Below, piece after piece: positions 34,053 to 44,527 of a stretch of 64,000 bases of DNA. The stretch comes from Planctomycetota bacterium (lineage in GTDB: Bacteria; Planctomycetota; SZUA-567; H5-PLA8). Each line of letters begins with the position of its first letter. Positions within the stretch are counted from its first letter, which is position 1. A program made the position numbers and the translations under genes. Under the pieces are notes generated by a model. The model did no database searches, was not told the DNA's origin, and saw nothing but the letters and a program-made list of their open reading frames with translations. The DNA lies in assembly GCA_038227875.1 (NCBI GenBank), contig JBBRPR010000036.1, forward strand, positions 1 through 64,000. The letters run 5' to 3'.

Positions 34053-36941
34053 CTACTTATACAGACCAAACAGCGCTTTTACTTCCGCTTCGCTCAGCGC
34101 GCGGTTGTAGATGCGGACCTCGTCGAGCGCGCATTTATGTTTCTCTTTGCTGGTGGGATCGTCGGCCAACCGCAGCGCCGTCGGCGTTGAGGCGATGGTC
34201 GCGTTGTTGGTGGCAATATCTCCCTCTTTCGATCCGTCGACGTAGATCGCAATTCGGCCTTTGGGCCCGTCGAACACGCCCACGACGTGGTGCCAGGTGC
34301 CATCGACCGGAAACACCCGCTGCGTCAGTACCTCGCTGAATTTCTCGCCGGATAGCGACGTTTGGAATTTCATCTTCTGCTGTCCGTCGTCGCCGTCGTT
34401 CATCAGGAGGCCATAGCAGATCCACGGAGATTCGAATTTACTCCAGCCCTTGCTGACCACGCGACCCCAATTGCGCGTCTTGCCCAGGTTTTTGAACCAG
34501 ATTGAGACCGTCAGCGCCTCGGTGATGCGCAGGCCCGGCTTGTCCGCGAATTCCACAAAATCGTCCGCGCCGTTGAACGAAAGCCCAGTGCCGACGTGAG
34601 CCGGCCCCCATTCCGCACCCATGATTTTTCCGGTGTTGAGATTTCCCGACGCGTCGGCCGTGATCGTGCCCTTGCCTTCGTCGAGCTTCCAATATCCGGC
34701 CAATCCCTTGGCGAGCGGAATTTCGATCGACCGGGTCTGCAGCATCTTGATTTCGTCGGTCTTTTTCGCCGCGAAGGCCGTTGAGCCGAATTTTTCCTTG
34801 AAGGCATCCAGCGCCGGTTTGATCTGGTCGTATCGTCCCGCTTCGAATGCCTGCGTGATCACGATCCATTCGTGCGACGCGGTCAGTTCCAGCCGCGTCA
34901 CCGCCGCTTCGGCTTTCTCGATGTCCTGCGCCTTGGCCAGCAGCACGTCCAACTCGCGCTTCAGCGACGCCAACTCCGGCGGCGCGCCCGCTGCTTTCGC
35001 CTTGTCCAGCAGCGCACGAGCTCCGGCGAGTTGATACGCTGCCGCCTTACCATCGAGCTTTTTGACCGCGATAAACGCGCGCAGCAACGCACCCTTGCCG
35101 TCCGTGTCGAGGCCCAAAAGCGTGAGCTGATCGCGGGACTCTGTCTCGAGCGCTTCGAGCGCCACCGGCACCCGCGCCGCATCGCTGGCCACCTGGAACA
35201 CGCCGTCCTTGAACTCATCGATGTGAAACTTGCCCTTTTTGCCGACGTTCATCGCCGAGGCTTTTTCGGGCTTCAATTCAAAGCTGTCGACGTCTTTGAG
35301 CTTCTCAACGCCCTTCGGCAGCGCTGCCTCGAGATCCGTCAGCCACGCCAACGCCTTCCCGTCCTGCGCGAGTTCCGATTCTTTGCCCGGAAACGACGCG
35401 GCATTCAGCAGCGCTTCGGCCGACGCGCGGTCGTAACGGCGCAGCACGGCGTAGTATTCGTAAAGAAAATCCTCGTAGCCGGCGATTTTGCCCGGCTGAA
35501 CCACCGCTTTTGGCGTGTCGGTGCGTACGCTCGTGCCTGTGCCGGCAGGGACGGGAGTGGCCGCCGCACCCGGGACGCCCAGCCAGATGTCGTCGACGTA
35601 GGCCACGATTTCGCCGTTACCCCAGGTGTTAAACCGGATCTCGTCGAAGACCGCGCCGGGTTTGATCTTTTCGCCTGTGTCGACTTGCGCGCATTCGCTG
35701 ATCGGCACGTCGACGCTCGTCCAGGTGTTCTTCACCACCGCGTCGAGCGGGTGTTCGTAGGCCCTGGGCTCCCCGGCGACTGCGATCACGAAGCGGAAAT
35801 CCTTGGCGTTGCCGATGTAATAGCGGAACCTCACATGCATGGCTTCTGGAATCGGAAAATCGAACTTTCGCTGCTCGCCGCTGCGCTTGGCCCACTTTAC
35901 CAGCGCGGCCTTGGCCCAATCGGTTTTGCCGCGCAGCGCCAGGACTTTGCCCGTTCCGGGCGCCGGCGCATCGACGACTTCGCCAAACGCCAGGCCTTCC
36001 ACCGCCGCTTCAAAGTTCTCGCTGAACAACGCCGCTTCCGTTCCGCCTGGCTTTGCCACGGGTGTCGGTGCAGGCGGAGTCGGGGGAGGGGGCGGGGGAA
36101 CGGTTTGCGCCGCCTCCGTCGGCGGTGGTGGTGGCGGCGGCGCGGGTTGGCTTGGCGTAGCTTCGGCGGGCGTCGCGGCCTTCAACTCATCGCGCACGCG
36201 CCGCGCGCGAGCCGCTGCGATGGAGTCGCCGTACTTCGCGATGAAGTCATCGAGCCGCTTCACGCGTCCGTCCACGTCGCCGGCCGCCAGGCCGTCAAAC
36301 GTCCGCACTTTTTCGAAGGCATCGGATGCGATGGTTTCGGGGTCGTTCTTCGACAGCGGCGCCAGCATCGGTGAAGGCGTCTGCGACGGTTGTTCGTACA
36401 CCGGGTTTTGCGGCCGGGTGTTGGTCGAGGCGGTCGAGCTTGTCGTCGAGGATTGCGTGCGCGTGCCGGTATCCGAATAGGTCTCGTGGCTGGAGACGGA
36501 CTTCTCTTTCGTGCCGCCGCCGCCACCCCCGCCGCTCATGGCAACCAGGCCGATCAGCAGCGCGCACGCGCCGACGCCTGCCGCGATGGGCAGGGCCATG
36601 TTCGCGGGTTTCTTTTGCTGCGGATGCGCGCCGCTCGGCGGATGAGCCCCGTGGCTCCCGTGCGTTCCGTGCATGACCACGCGCTTGGAATCGTGCGACG
36701 ACGTTCCGGCGCTGGTATGCCCGGTGCCCATCGAGGGCGAATTACGCTTGGGAACTTCGACGGCCGGAATCAGCCGCGAGCCGACTTTCTTCGAAGCGCT
36801 GCCGACATTCCCGACGTTGGGCAATGGCGGCGGCGCGCATTTGGGGCAGAACACTTTTTCATCAATGCGTACGGCGCGTCCGCCGGCCAGATCCTGCTCC
36901 GAAACGCGAAACCCGCAGCGGTCGCAATACACCAGTTCCAT
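34053..36941 (-). CDS. Membrane protein: N-terminal CxxC..CxxC zinc finger, linker, TM, CBM-like domain, helical region, C-terminal LamG-like domain
   Basis: YCDRCG...VFCPKC; TM ALPIAAGVGACALLIGLVAM; LFSENFE...AYVDDIWL (CBM-like); GLAGYWKLDEGKG...LTVSIWFK...WHHVVGVFD...IYVDG...LDEVRIYNRALSEAEV (LamG). Confidence 0.85.
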   Translation of the reverse strand: MELVYCDRCGFRVSEQDLAGGRAVRIDEKVFCPKCAPPPLPNVGNVGSASKKVGSRLIPAVEVPKRNSPSMGTGHTSAGTSSHDSKRVVMHGTHGSHGAHPPSGAHPQQKKPANMALPIAAGVGACALLIGLVAMSGGGGGGGTKEKSVSSHETYSDTGTRTQSSTTSSTASTNTRPQNPVYEQPSQTPSPMLAPLSKNDPETIASDAFEKVRTFDGLAAGDVDGRVKRLDDFIAKYGDSIAAARARRVRDELKAATPAEATPSQPAPPPPPPPTEAAQTVPPPPPPTPPAPTPVAKPGGTEAALFSENFEAAVEGLAFGEVVDAPAPGTGKVLALRGKTDWAKAALVKWAKRSGEQRKFDFPIPEAMHVRFRYYIGNAKDFRFVIAVAGEPRAYEHPLDAVVKNTWTSVDVPISECAQVDTGEKIKPGAVFDEIRFNTWGNGEIVAYVDDIWLGVPGAAATPVPAGTGTSVRTDTPKAVVQPGKIAGYEDFLYEYYAVLRRYDRASAEALLNAASFPGKESELAQDGKALAWLTDLEAALPKGVEKLKDVDSFELKPEKASAMNVGKKGKFHIDEFKDGVFQVASDAARVPVALEALETESRDQLTLLGLDTDGKGALLRAFIAVKKLDGKAAAYQLAGARALLDKAKAAGAPPELASLKRELDVLLAKAQDIEKAEAAVTRLELTASHEWIVITQAFEAGRYDQIKPALDAFKEKFGSTAFAAKKTDEIKMLQTRSIEIPLAKGLAGYWKLDEGKGTITADASGNLNTGKIMGAEWGPAHVGTGLSFNGADDFVEFADKPGLRITEALTVSIWFKNLGKTRNWGRVVSKGWSKFESPWICYGLLMNDGDDGQQKMKFQTSLSGEKFSEVLTQRVFPVDGTWHHVVGVFDGPKGRIAIYVDGSKEGDIATNNATIASTPTALRLADDPTSKEKHKCALDEVRIYNRALSEAEVKALFGLYK

Positions 36942-37085
36942 GCACTGATCCCATGACCTTGATCCCCAAAATCCTATGTGTTTACCGTGGTGAAGTAAAT
37001 GAGGATAAGTGTGGACGTGAGCAGACCGGACGGTCCGCCTGTTCAGAGTGAGGCGGGCGCTTTACGGCCGTTCGTGGAGAAAAAA

Positions 37086-37310
37086 TTAGTATTGCGTATC
37101 GACGACGCGATCGGGCCCGGAGGCAATCAGCGAACCCTGGCTTAGCGCCTTGCGGGCTTCTTCCAGTGCGGCGTCGAGCTGATCGGTTTTCGACGCATCA
37201 TCGAGGTAAATCTGGACGACGTCGGCAAGATCGCGCAGCCGGGCGCGCAGGATCTCAATTTCGCCCTCGAGTTTAGCTATGTGAGCGGGGGAGTTATCGG
37301 GAGTTGGCAT
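37086..37310 (-). CDS. Small hypothetical coiled-coil protein (74 aa)
   Basis: GAGGG RBS; heptad pattern IAKLEGEIEILRARLRDLA; fills the intergenic gap in the local gene orientation. Confidence 0.6.
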   Translation of the reverse strand: MPTPDNSPAHIAKLEGEIEILRARLRDLADVVQIYLDDASKTDQLDAALEEARKALSQGSLIASGPDRVVDTQY

Positions 37311-37399
37311 ATATAGGCCCTCGTGGCGCGGGATGACAGGTGGTCATCACATAATTAAACGCAACAGACGGGCCAAGAATAGTAGCGCTAAGCCGAGTC

Positions 37400-39742
37400 T
37401 CACTTCCCCTTCTGCCGCTGCACCGCCTCGATCACATGCGAGGGCAGCACCACCGTTCCGCCGGCCATTTCGCAGGTGACGCCGTCGGGGGTGATCGCCA
37501 GCAGCACGATTTCGAAGCGGCTGCCTTCGCGCAATGTCAGAATCCAGTCGCGGTACTTGGGGTTGGCTTTCGTAGCGGCGGGGTCCTTGGGCAGCACGAA
37601 ACTTTTGATCATGGGCAGACCAATCGGCAGATCGCCGTCTTCGTCGCGGATCGTGACGACGCCCTGTTCGGGATCGACTTCGACGACTTCCGCGTTGTCC
37701 ATGTGCGAGATCGCCGGGGCGGGGGTGTTCTCTTTTTTCTTCGGGTCTTTTTCCTTCTCTTTGTCTTTGGGCGGATCTTTGGGCTGTGGCGCGGCGGGGT
37801 CTTTCTTCTCGGGCTCGCCGGTCGCTTCTTCGCGCGTTCGCAGGTCGACGTTGGCGGCTTCGTCGTCTTTGACGGTCGTGGGCGCAGGCAGTTCGCCGGG
37901 TTCAACTTTTGCCGGCGAGAATTCGACTTTGCGGATGACCGTGCGCGGCAGCGCCAGTTCCACGCCGCCGGGCAGCATGAAGACCACGCCCTTTTCGTCC
38001 ATCTTCATCAGGCGCGCGCGGAAGCATTCGCCGTTCTGCAGCAGGACGCTGTGCGGCGTGCCCATGAATTTGCGCTTCTTGTCGGTGTTCTCGAATTCCA
38101 GCGGTGGTTCGTAGCGTTCGATGGAATTGGCTGCGATCTGCAACGCGGGATGCCTGGCGTCGAGGAATTCCGGCGCGATCCAGAGGAACTCTTCCGCCTT
38201 CGGCGCGTCCTTGGGGGCCGCGAGCATCTTTCCCGCGATGCGTTCGCCGCTGGTCAGCCAGAGGCACGCGCGTTCGGCGGCGCGGTCGACGGAGACGACG
38301 TGATCGAAGACCAGGTCGTCGAAAATGATGCTGCGCGGCTTGGTATTGGCGTCTCCGACGCGGAAAAAGCGTGCGCGGACGATCGGCACTTTCGAACGGA
38401 TGCCCAGGAATTCATCCTGGCGCATGCCCCCGGGGAGCAGGTTGCTGTCGTTCTGATTCAAGACCTGCGCCAGCACCCGGCCGCTGCGGTCGTAGACGGC
38501 CAGGCCGATCGTGCCGACGTTCTCGGCCTTGATGATCGCACCCACAGAGCTCACACCGCCGGCGCGGAAGTCGCCGGTCTTCGGTTCGAAGCTGCCGGGC
38601 AGCAGGAAGTTCACGTCCAGATCCGAATCGTGTGCGATGGCCGAGAGTCCCTGGCTGGCGCCGAGCAGCGGGACGTCGCTGACTTCAACGGTGGCCTTGG
38701 GTTCGGAGGCCTTCAGCAGCACGCCCCACGGCGTGTAGGCCTGTTCGAGACTGTCGCCGGCCTTGGCGTCTTTCATCGCGCCGCGTTTTTCAGACTTGGT
38801 GTCCGGCACTCGTTGCATCGTCAGCGTGCGCAAGCCCAGCAGCGCTTCGCCGATGGTCTGCGGATTTTGCTGCGCCTGCGGCCCGAGGTTCTCGGCGTCG
38901 TTGAGCGGCGTCCAGCGTTCGGCGGCCTTGCCCACCGGCTGCGCCGCGGTCTGGTTGATTGCGGCGCTCGCCTGTGTGGCCGGCACCAGCGTGGGGACGT
39001 TAATCTCGGCCACTTTCAGAAATTCGATCGCTTCCAGCGCCTGCAGCGGCACAGTCATTCTGGCCCAGCGCGTGCGCACGGACAATTCCGGCGTGTTCAG
39101 GATTCCGGATAGGCCCGTGCCGTCGGCTTGCGTAAGGCGATCGCCGGCGTCGGCGGCGTTCTGCAGATTCATTTCAGTGATCAGCGCGCGCGCCCGGTTG
39201 GCTTCTTCGGCATCGGACGATGCCGTGGCGCGGCGCAGCGGCCCGAGCGCCGCGCGCCCGAGGCTGCGCAGCGTGGCCAGCGCCTTCTCGCGCACCGCAA
39301 ACTGATCGCTCTGCAAATCGCCCAGCGCCAGCCGCGCGTCGTTTTCAGCGTTGGGATCGACGCGTTCGCCGAAGGTGATGCGCGCAGTCTTGACCAGATC
39401 GACCGGCCGGATCGCGCCGGTATCGTGGCGAAAGAGCAGCGGATGAGAAACGTCGAGCATCCCCAGCAACCGCGAGCCGCCGGAAGTAATCAGCGCGACA
39501 GGAACTTCCTGGGCGTCGTCGGCGGCGAATGCCAGTGTTGGGAGCATGCAAAGCAATATGGCGATAAGGCGCGTAGCGCGGCTGAGCCGCGAGGGGCCAG
39601 GGGTCAGGGGCCAGGGGTCAGAGATTGGCAAACGCTTCCTGAGAGCGAAGGTGCGAACCGATGATGAACGGAAATTGACTGCCGGAATAGCGCTATCCAT
39701 TTCTGCGCTCGGCTTGCTCATAATTTCTCGCAGACATTGCAT
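37400..39742 (-). CDS. Secreted hypothetical protein with HEAT-like motif and repeated beta modules; true start probably downstream of 39742
   Basis: Signal-like RLIAILLCMLPTLAFAADD; HEAT-like LGDLQSDQFAVREKALATLRSLG; repeated L.[S/N/E]G motifs (LITSGG, LTSGE, LLQNGE, LREGS). Confidence 0.75.
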   Translation of the reverse strand: MQCLREIMSKPSAEMDSAIPAVNFRSSSVRTFALRKRLPISDPWPLTPGPSRLSRATRLIAILLCMLPTLAFAADDAQEVPVALITSGGSRLLGMLDVSHPLLFRHDTGAIRPVDLVKTARITFGERVDPNAENDARLALGDLQSDQFAVREKALATLRSLGRAALGPLRRATASSDAEEANRARALITEMNLQNAADAGDRLTQADGTGLSGILNTPELSVRTRWARMTVPLQALEAIEFLKVAEINVPTLVPATQASAAINQTAAQPVGKAAERWTPLNDAENLGPQAQQNPQTIGEALLGLRTLTMQRVPDTKSEKRGAMKDAKAGDSLEQAYTPWGVLLKASEPKATVEVSDVPLLGASQGLSAIAHDSDLDVNFLLPGSFEPKTGDFRAGGVSSVGAIIKAENVGTIGLAVYDRSGRVLAQVLNQNDSNLLPGGMRQDEFLGIRSKVPIVRARFFRVGDANTKPRSIIFDDLVFDHVVSVDRAAERACLWLTSGERIAGKMLAAPKDAPKAEEFLWIAPEFLDARHPALQIAANSIERYEPPLEFENTDKKRKFMGTPHSVLLQNGECFRARLMKMDEKGVVFMLPGGVELALPRTVIRKVEFSPAKVEPGELPAPTTVKDDEAANVDLRTREEATGEPEKKDPAAPQPKDPPKDKEKEKDPKKKENTPAPAISHMDNAEVVEVDPEQGVVTIRDEDGDLPIGLPMIKSFVLPKDPAATKANPKYRDWILTLREGSRFEIVLLAITPDGVTCEMAGGTVVLPSHVIEAVQRQKGK

Positions 39743-39829
39743 ACCTTACCTCTACTCGAACGCGAAACCCGTTAGGGGCCACCCCTTGCCATCTCTGCCC
39801 GTGACCCTGACCCTGCGCGCGTAAGCGCC

Positions 39830-42800
39830 TTACTCGCGGACCGGCTCGCCGTCGGCGGCGCGGCGGATGGCTCCCGCGAGCGCTTCGATGGCAAAGGGCT
39901 TCTGAATCAATTCTTGTGCACCGGCGTTGAGCATGTCGGTCACTGTCTTATCGGCACTGTATCCAGAAACCAGCACGATGGGAACAGCCGGGAGGCGTTT
40001 GCGCAGCTCGTCCAACAGCGGCAGACCGGCGAGGCCGGGCATCATCACGTCCAGCAGCACAACCTGGGGCGTGATCTGCGGGCGGGCGTCGAGTAGCTTC
40101 AAGCTTACCACGCCGCCGGCGGCGGTGACGACGTCGTAGCCGAGATTTTCGAGCAGCTTGCGGACGGTCTCGCGCAAAATGGTATCGTCGTCGATGACCA
40201 GGATCGTCTCCTTGCCGCCCAGCGAGACGGCACTGTTCATCGCCGAGGAACGGGCGACGGCCGGAAACGTGGCGGAGCTGCGGATAACATTGGACGATTT
40301 CTTGCGCGACTGGCGCATCGGCGCGGCGGGCAGACGGATGGCGAAGCGTGTGCCGGACCCCGGCTGACTGTAGACGTTGATCTGTCCGCCGTGGCTGCGC
40401 ACGATGCCGAAGACGACAGACAGCCCCAGGCCGGTTCCTTTGCCGGGACCCTTGGTGGTGAAGAAGGGCTCGAAGAGATGCTGCTGCACGTCATCGGTCA
40501 TGCCCGTGCCGTTGTCGCGGACTTCCAGCAGGATCGCGCCGGCGCTGGATTCCGAACCCGAACCGTGCGGGGGAGTGGCGGAAATCAGCAGCGTACCGCC
40601 GTGGGGCATCGCGTCGCGCGCGTTCACACAAAGGTTGATCAGCACCTGCTGCAACTGCGTGGGGTCGCCGTAGACTTTTTCGAGAGTGCTCGAGATTTCC
40701 TGCACGACTTTGATGTTCGACGGCAATGACGGCGCGAGGAGATCGATGGTTTCGCGAATCAGTGCTCCAAAGTCGACCGGCTGCGGCTGCAGCACGGATT
40801 TGCGCGCGAACGCCAGGAGCTTGGCGGTCAGGTCCGCGCCGCGCTGCGCGGCCGATTCGATGCGCACGAGACAGGTGTCGAAATTCTGCGCGGCCTGTGC
40901 GTCGGTGAGCGTGGGGCGCGTGAGTTCCGGGCCGAACGCGCCGCGCAGTTCCGAGCGCGCCAGCGTGCACTGGCCGATGATGCCGCCGAGCAGATTGTTG
41001 AAGTCGTGAGCCATGCCCCCGGCCAGCGCGCCGACGGATTCCATCTTCTGAGCCTGGAGCAACTGGGCTTCCAGCATGAGCTGATCGGTGATGTCGATGC
41101 CCAGGCAGACAAGGCCGTTGGGAGTGCCGTCGGAGCCGCGCAGGAAGCTGGAACTGAAGCGGATCTTGCGTTCGCGCCCATCGACGGTGGTCCAATTGAG
41201 CGTCATCTCGCTGCTGCAATCCTGCGTGCGGAAGGCGTTGGCGATGGCCGTGGCGATGCGGATCTGTTCGGACTGGCGCGGCGAGACGATGCGCGCCAGC
41301 GCTTCGCCGATGACCGCGTCGCGCTTCCAGCCGCTGATCCGTTCGGCGGCCGCGTTGAAACTTAAGACGTGACCGCGCGCATCGACGCTGAACATCATGG
41401 CATGGACGCCGTCGACGATCTCCTGCACGCGCGCTTCCGAGAGCCGCAGCGCGCGGCCGAGTTCGTCGCGTTCCACCGCGGCAGCGGCCAGGCGCGCGAT
41501 GTTGCCCAGGCACTGCAGGTCGCGCGGCAGGAAGCGGTGCGCCTTGGACTTCCACATACCCAGCACGCCAACGGGGCCGTGGGCGCCGGTCATCGGGACC
41601 AGCACCCCCGAGCAGACATTGGGAATGCGTTCCAGCAGCATGGGGTGGACGCGCCGGTCGTTCTGCGCGTTCTCGATGATGATCGGCTGTCCCCGCTTGA
41701 AGGCCTGCGCGGTGACGCCGTCGAGCGCCAGCGGTACGCGCGTGTATTTCAGCTGCTCGCGGAACTGCGACGAGACGCCGCGGCTGATCAGCGCGTCGCC
41801 CTGCGCGGTGGCGAGCATGAAGCCGACGCCGGTGGCCTGGAAATTCCGGTTGACCAGGTCGGCGATGCGTTCGAGCGTGCTTTCCAACGCCGGGTTTTCG
41901 ACCAGCAGATGGCCGACTTCGTTGAGCAGGATCAGTTCGTCGGCGCGCTGGCAGGCTTCTTCGTAGAGCTTCGCACGTTCGATCGCGGCGGAGGCGAGCT
42001 GCGCGAGCTGTTCCATGCGGCGGATGTCATCAGCGCTGAAGTCACGGGGCGCGCTGTTGTTGGCCATCAGTACGCCAAAGCGATGTCCCGGCGGTCCCAG
42101 CGGCACGACGATGGCCGAGCCCGAATTGAATTTCTCGTTCATCGCCTGATTCGCGCGCGGGTCCTTCAGCATGTCCGGCGAGACCAACGAACGGCCTTCC
42201 TTCAGACACAGCGCGGTGATGGATATGGCATGAATGGAGATCCGCGCCGTCTTGATTTCCGGGTTGGGAATGGTCGATGCGCGCGATTGCAACGTCTGCG
42301 ATTCGGGATCGTAGACGAATACCGTGGAGTATTCGGCGTTGATGATGCGGGGCACGCTCTGCACCAATTGTTCCAGCGTGCCGGCGGTATTGAGGTGCTG
42401 CGACAGCGAGCGGCCGATCTGATCGAGGATGCGCAGTTCTTCGGCCTGCTTGCGCGTGGTTTCGACCAGGCGCGCGCGGCGCAGTCCGGCGCCGGTCTGA
42501 CGCGCGATTTCCTCAGCCAGGCCCGATTCTTCCAGTCGCAGGTCTTCGCGGCCTTCAAAGGCCAGCACCAGCGCGCCGGGGGAAGGCTCGTCTTCCGCGG
42601 CCGGGGGCAGGGGGATGATCAGCGCCAGCGCCTCGCGCCAGCCGCCGGCCAGCACCTGCGAGCCTTCGCTTTCTTGGACGAAAATGCGGATCATCCGGTT
42701 CTCGCGGATGGCTTCACACAGTGCGCCTGTTTCTTCGCAGGGATGAACGAGGCCTCGAATTTCTGTCGCGTGGGGCGCGGAACTATCGATGCTGGCGCAG

Positions 42801-44527
42801 CGCAGCACGTCGATGGGCGGCGAGGCCGGGCCCTGCGCTTTGCTCAAACGAGTCTGGCTGCGCAGAAACACGGTCGCCGTCTGCGCACCCAGCAACCGGC
42901 GCGCGGTGGACGTGGCCACCGCCAGGATCCGCTCCTCATCGTTTTCGGTGGCCAGTTCCTGGCTGAAGCGGTAGAGCCCGCCCAGTTCATTGGCGTAGTG
43001 GCGGGCCTGCGCGTGCGTCTCGGCGCGTTCCACGGCCGAACCGACGGCGCGGCCGATCAGGCGTAGCAGCCGCCGCTCTTCTTCTTCCGGATCGTACGAC
43101 GTGTCGAAGAGCATCTGCACGACGCCCAGCGTGCCGTGTTCGCTGAGGATCGGCACGCAGACGGTCGCTTCCATTCCGTGGCTCTGATACTGCGCGCGCA
43201 TCTCCGGATTGGGGACGACGGCATGCATGTTTTCAGAGATCGAGACAATCGTCCCGGTCGTGAAGCATTCGCCGACCATCGGATCGTCCAGCGGCACGCG
43301 CGGGGGATGATCGAACTTCGCGGGCCGCAGGCTCACCTGCTGAACCAGGCGCAGGTACGACGCCTTGCGCGCGTTGGGGACATACACGGTCGTCTGCGCG
43401 GCATCGGCCAGTCGCGCCATGCTCTGCGCCATCTGTTGAAAGACCGATTCTGGTTCTAGACTGCGGCTGGCCGCTTCGGTGACCTGCTGTAGCGTGGCCA
43501 GCTGCAGATGGCGGTGGCGCAGGGCTTCAGTGCCGCGCTGGACTTCCGTCTGCAGTTCCTCCTGGTAGCGCTGGAACAGCAGCATCACCAGCGCCGCGCC
43601 GCCGCAGATGATGCCCAGCAGCAATGCCAGCAGCGCGCCGTCCCGGAAATCCGAGAGTCGCTGCAGCTTCAACAGATGCGCCTGCGCGGCAGGATCGAGC
43701 ACCAATTGCTGGATCGAGCGGCTGACGATCGCTTCCGTGGCCAGCGTCCAGATCACGCAGAAATCCACCGCAGTGGCCATGCAGAGCAGCAGCGTCGCCA
43801 GGTGCATGCGCGCTGTGGCGCGGTGCGCCGGCAGGCCGCTCAGGCTTGCGCGTTTTACGCGTTCGACCAGGGGGCCCAGCAGGAACGCCAGCGGCAGCGT
43901 GGCGATCAGATCGACGGCCATGTGCGAAAGCCAGTTGTGATCCCAGTTCGCAAGCATCTCCACCGACGGTACGTGCTGGGAGAACTGGTGGAGCAGCGTG
44001 ATGCTCGCCGCCGTCACTGTGCCGCAGAAAATCGCGACGAAAAACAACCCCAGCGCGCTGGCGCGGCGCAAGGCGACGTCAAAGCGGTAGCCGCGCAGAA
44101 TGACGCTGAGAATGGCAATGCCGCAACCTTCGCTCAGGCCGTTCATACCCATGTTGGCGTGCGGCACGAGCAACCCGCTGGCGAGGATCAGCAAGACGGC
44201 GTATTTCCAGCCGGCGTGAATCGTCCACAGCACCGCCAGAATCCACGGCGCGTTGGCGCAGATTTCACCGGCCAGATTGAGCAGCGTCGTGACGTCGTCG
44301 CTTTTTAAATAATGGTTGCCCAGCTGGCGGACGATAACTCCGAACACCAGCGAGAAGAGCCAGAGCCCGAAAACCACAACTGCGGCGCGTGGGGAGCCAT
44401 GACGGCCAGACCATGGCGGAAACGGCAACGGACGCAGTCCGGGTTCATTCAGGAATCGGCGCGATGAGGTCGCATTCCGCTCGCCGGCAGAGACAGTTCC
44501 CGAAATGGATGAGGACGACTCCGACAC
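39830..44527 (-). CDS. Hybrid sensor histidine kinase: multi-TM, 4x GAF, PAS, HisKA, HATPase, receiver
   Basis: LAGGMAHDFNNLL (H box), QVLINLCVNARDAM, DNGTGM, FEPFFTTK, GTGLGL; REC ILVIDDD/LLDVMMP/QKPF; four GAF repeats; PAS FNAAAERISGW. Confidence 0.93.
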   Translation of the reverse strand: MSESSSSISGTVSAGERNATSSRRFLNEPGLRPLPFPPWSGRHGSPRAAVVVFGLWLFSLVFGVIVRQLGNHYLKSDDVTTLLNLAGEICANAPWILAVLWTIHAGWKYAVLLILASGLLVPHANMGMNGLSEGCGIAILSVILRGYRFDVALRRASALGLFFVAIFCGTVTAASITLLHQFSQHVPSVEMLANWDHNWLSHMAVDLIATLPLAFLLGPLVERVKRASLSGLPAHRATARMHLATLLLCMATAVDFCVIWTLATEAIVSRSIQQLVLDPAAQAHLLKLQRLSDFRDGALLALLLGIICGGAALVMLLFQRYQEELQTEVQRGTEALRHRHLQLATLQQVTEAASRSLEPESVFQQMAQSMARLADAAQTTVYVPNARKASYLRLVQQVSLRPAKFDHPPRVPLDDPMVGECFTTGTIVSISENMHAVVPNPEMRAQYQSHGMEATVCVPILSEHGTLGVVQMLFDTSYDPEEEERRLLRLIGRAVGSAVERAETHAQARHYANELGGLYRFSQELATENDEERILAVATSTARRLLGAQTATVFLRSQTRLSKAQGPASPPIDVLRCASIDSSAPHATEIRGLVHPCEETGALCEAIRENRMIRIFVQESEGSQVLAGGWREALALIIPLPPAAEDEPSPGALVLAFEGREDLRLEESGLAEEIARQTGAGLRRARLVETTRKQAEELRILDQIGRSLSQHLNTAGTLEQLVQSVPRIINAEYSTVFVYDPESQTLQSRASTIPNPEIKTARISIHAISITALCLKEGRSLVSPDMLKDPRANQAMNEKFNSGSAIVVPLGPPGHRFGVLMANNSAPRDFSADDIRRMEQLAQLASAAIERAKLYEEACQRADELILLNEVGHLLVENPALESTLERIADLVNRNFQATGVGFMLATAQGDALISRGVSSQFREQLKYTRVPLALDGVTAQAFKRGQPIIIENAQNDRRVHPMLLERIPNVCSGVLVPMTGAHGPVGVLGMWKSKAHRFLPRDLQCLGNIARLAAAAVERDELGRALRLSEARVQEIVDGVHAMMFSVDARGHVLSFNAAAERISGWKRDAVIGEALARIVSPRQSEQIRIATAIANAFRTQDCSSEMTLNWTTVDGRERKIRFSSSFLRGSDGTPNGLVCLGIDITDQLMLEAQLLQAQKMESVGALAGGMAHDFNNLLGGIIGQCTLARSELRGAFGPELTRPTLTDAQAAQNFDTCLVRIESAAQRGADLTAKLLAFARKSVLQPQPVDFGALIRETIDLLAPSLPSNIKVVQEISSTLEKVYGDPTQLQQVLINLCVNARDAMPHGGTLLISATPPHGSGSESSAGAILLEVRDNGTGMTDDVQQHLFEPFFTTKGPGKGTGLGLSVVFGIVRSHGGQINVYSQPGSGTRFAIRLPAAPMRQSRKKSSNVIRSSATFPAVARSSAMNSAVSLGGKETILVIDDDTILRETVRKLLENLGYDVVTAAGGVVSLKLLDARPQITPQVVLLDVMMPGLAGLPLLDELRKRLPAVPIVLVSGYSADKTVTDMLNAGAQELIQKPFAIEALAGAIRRAADGEPVRE

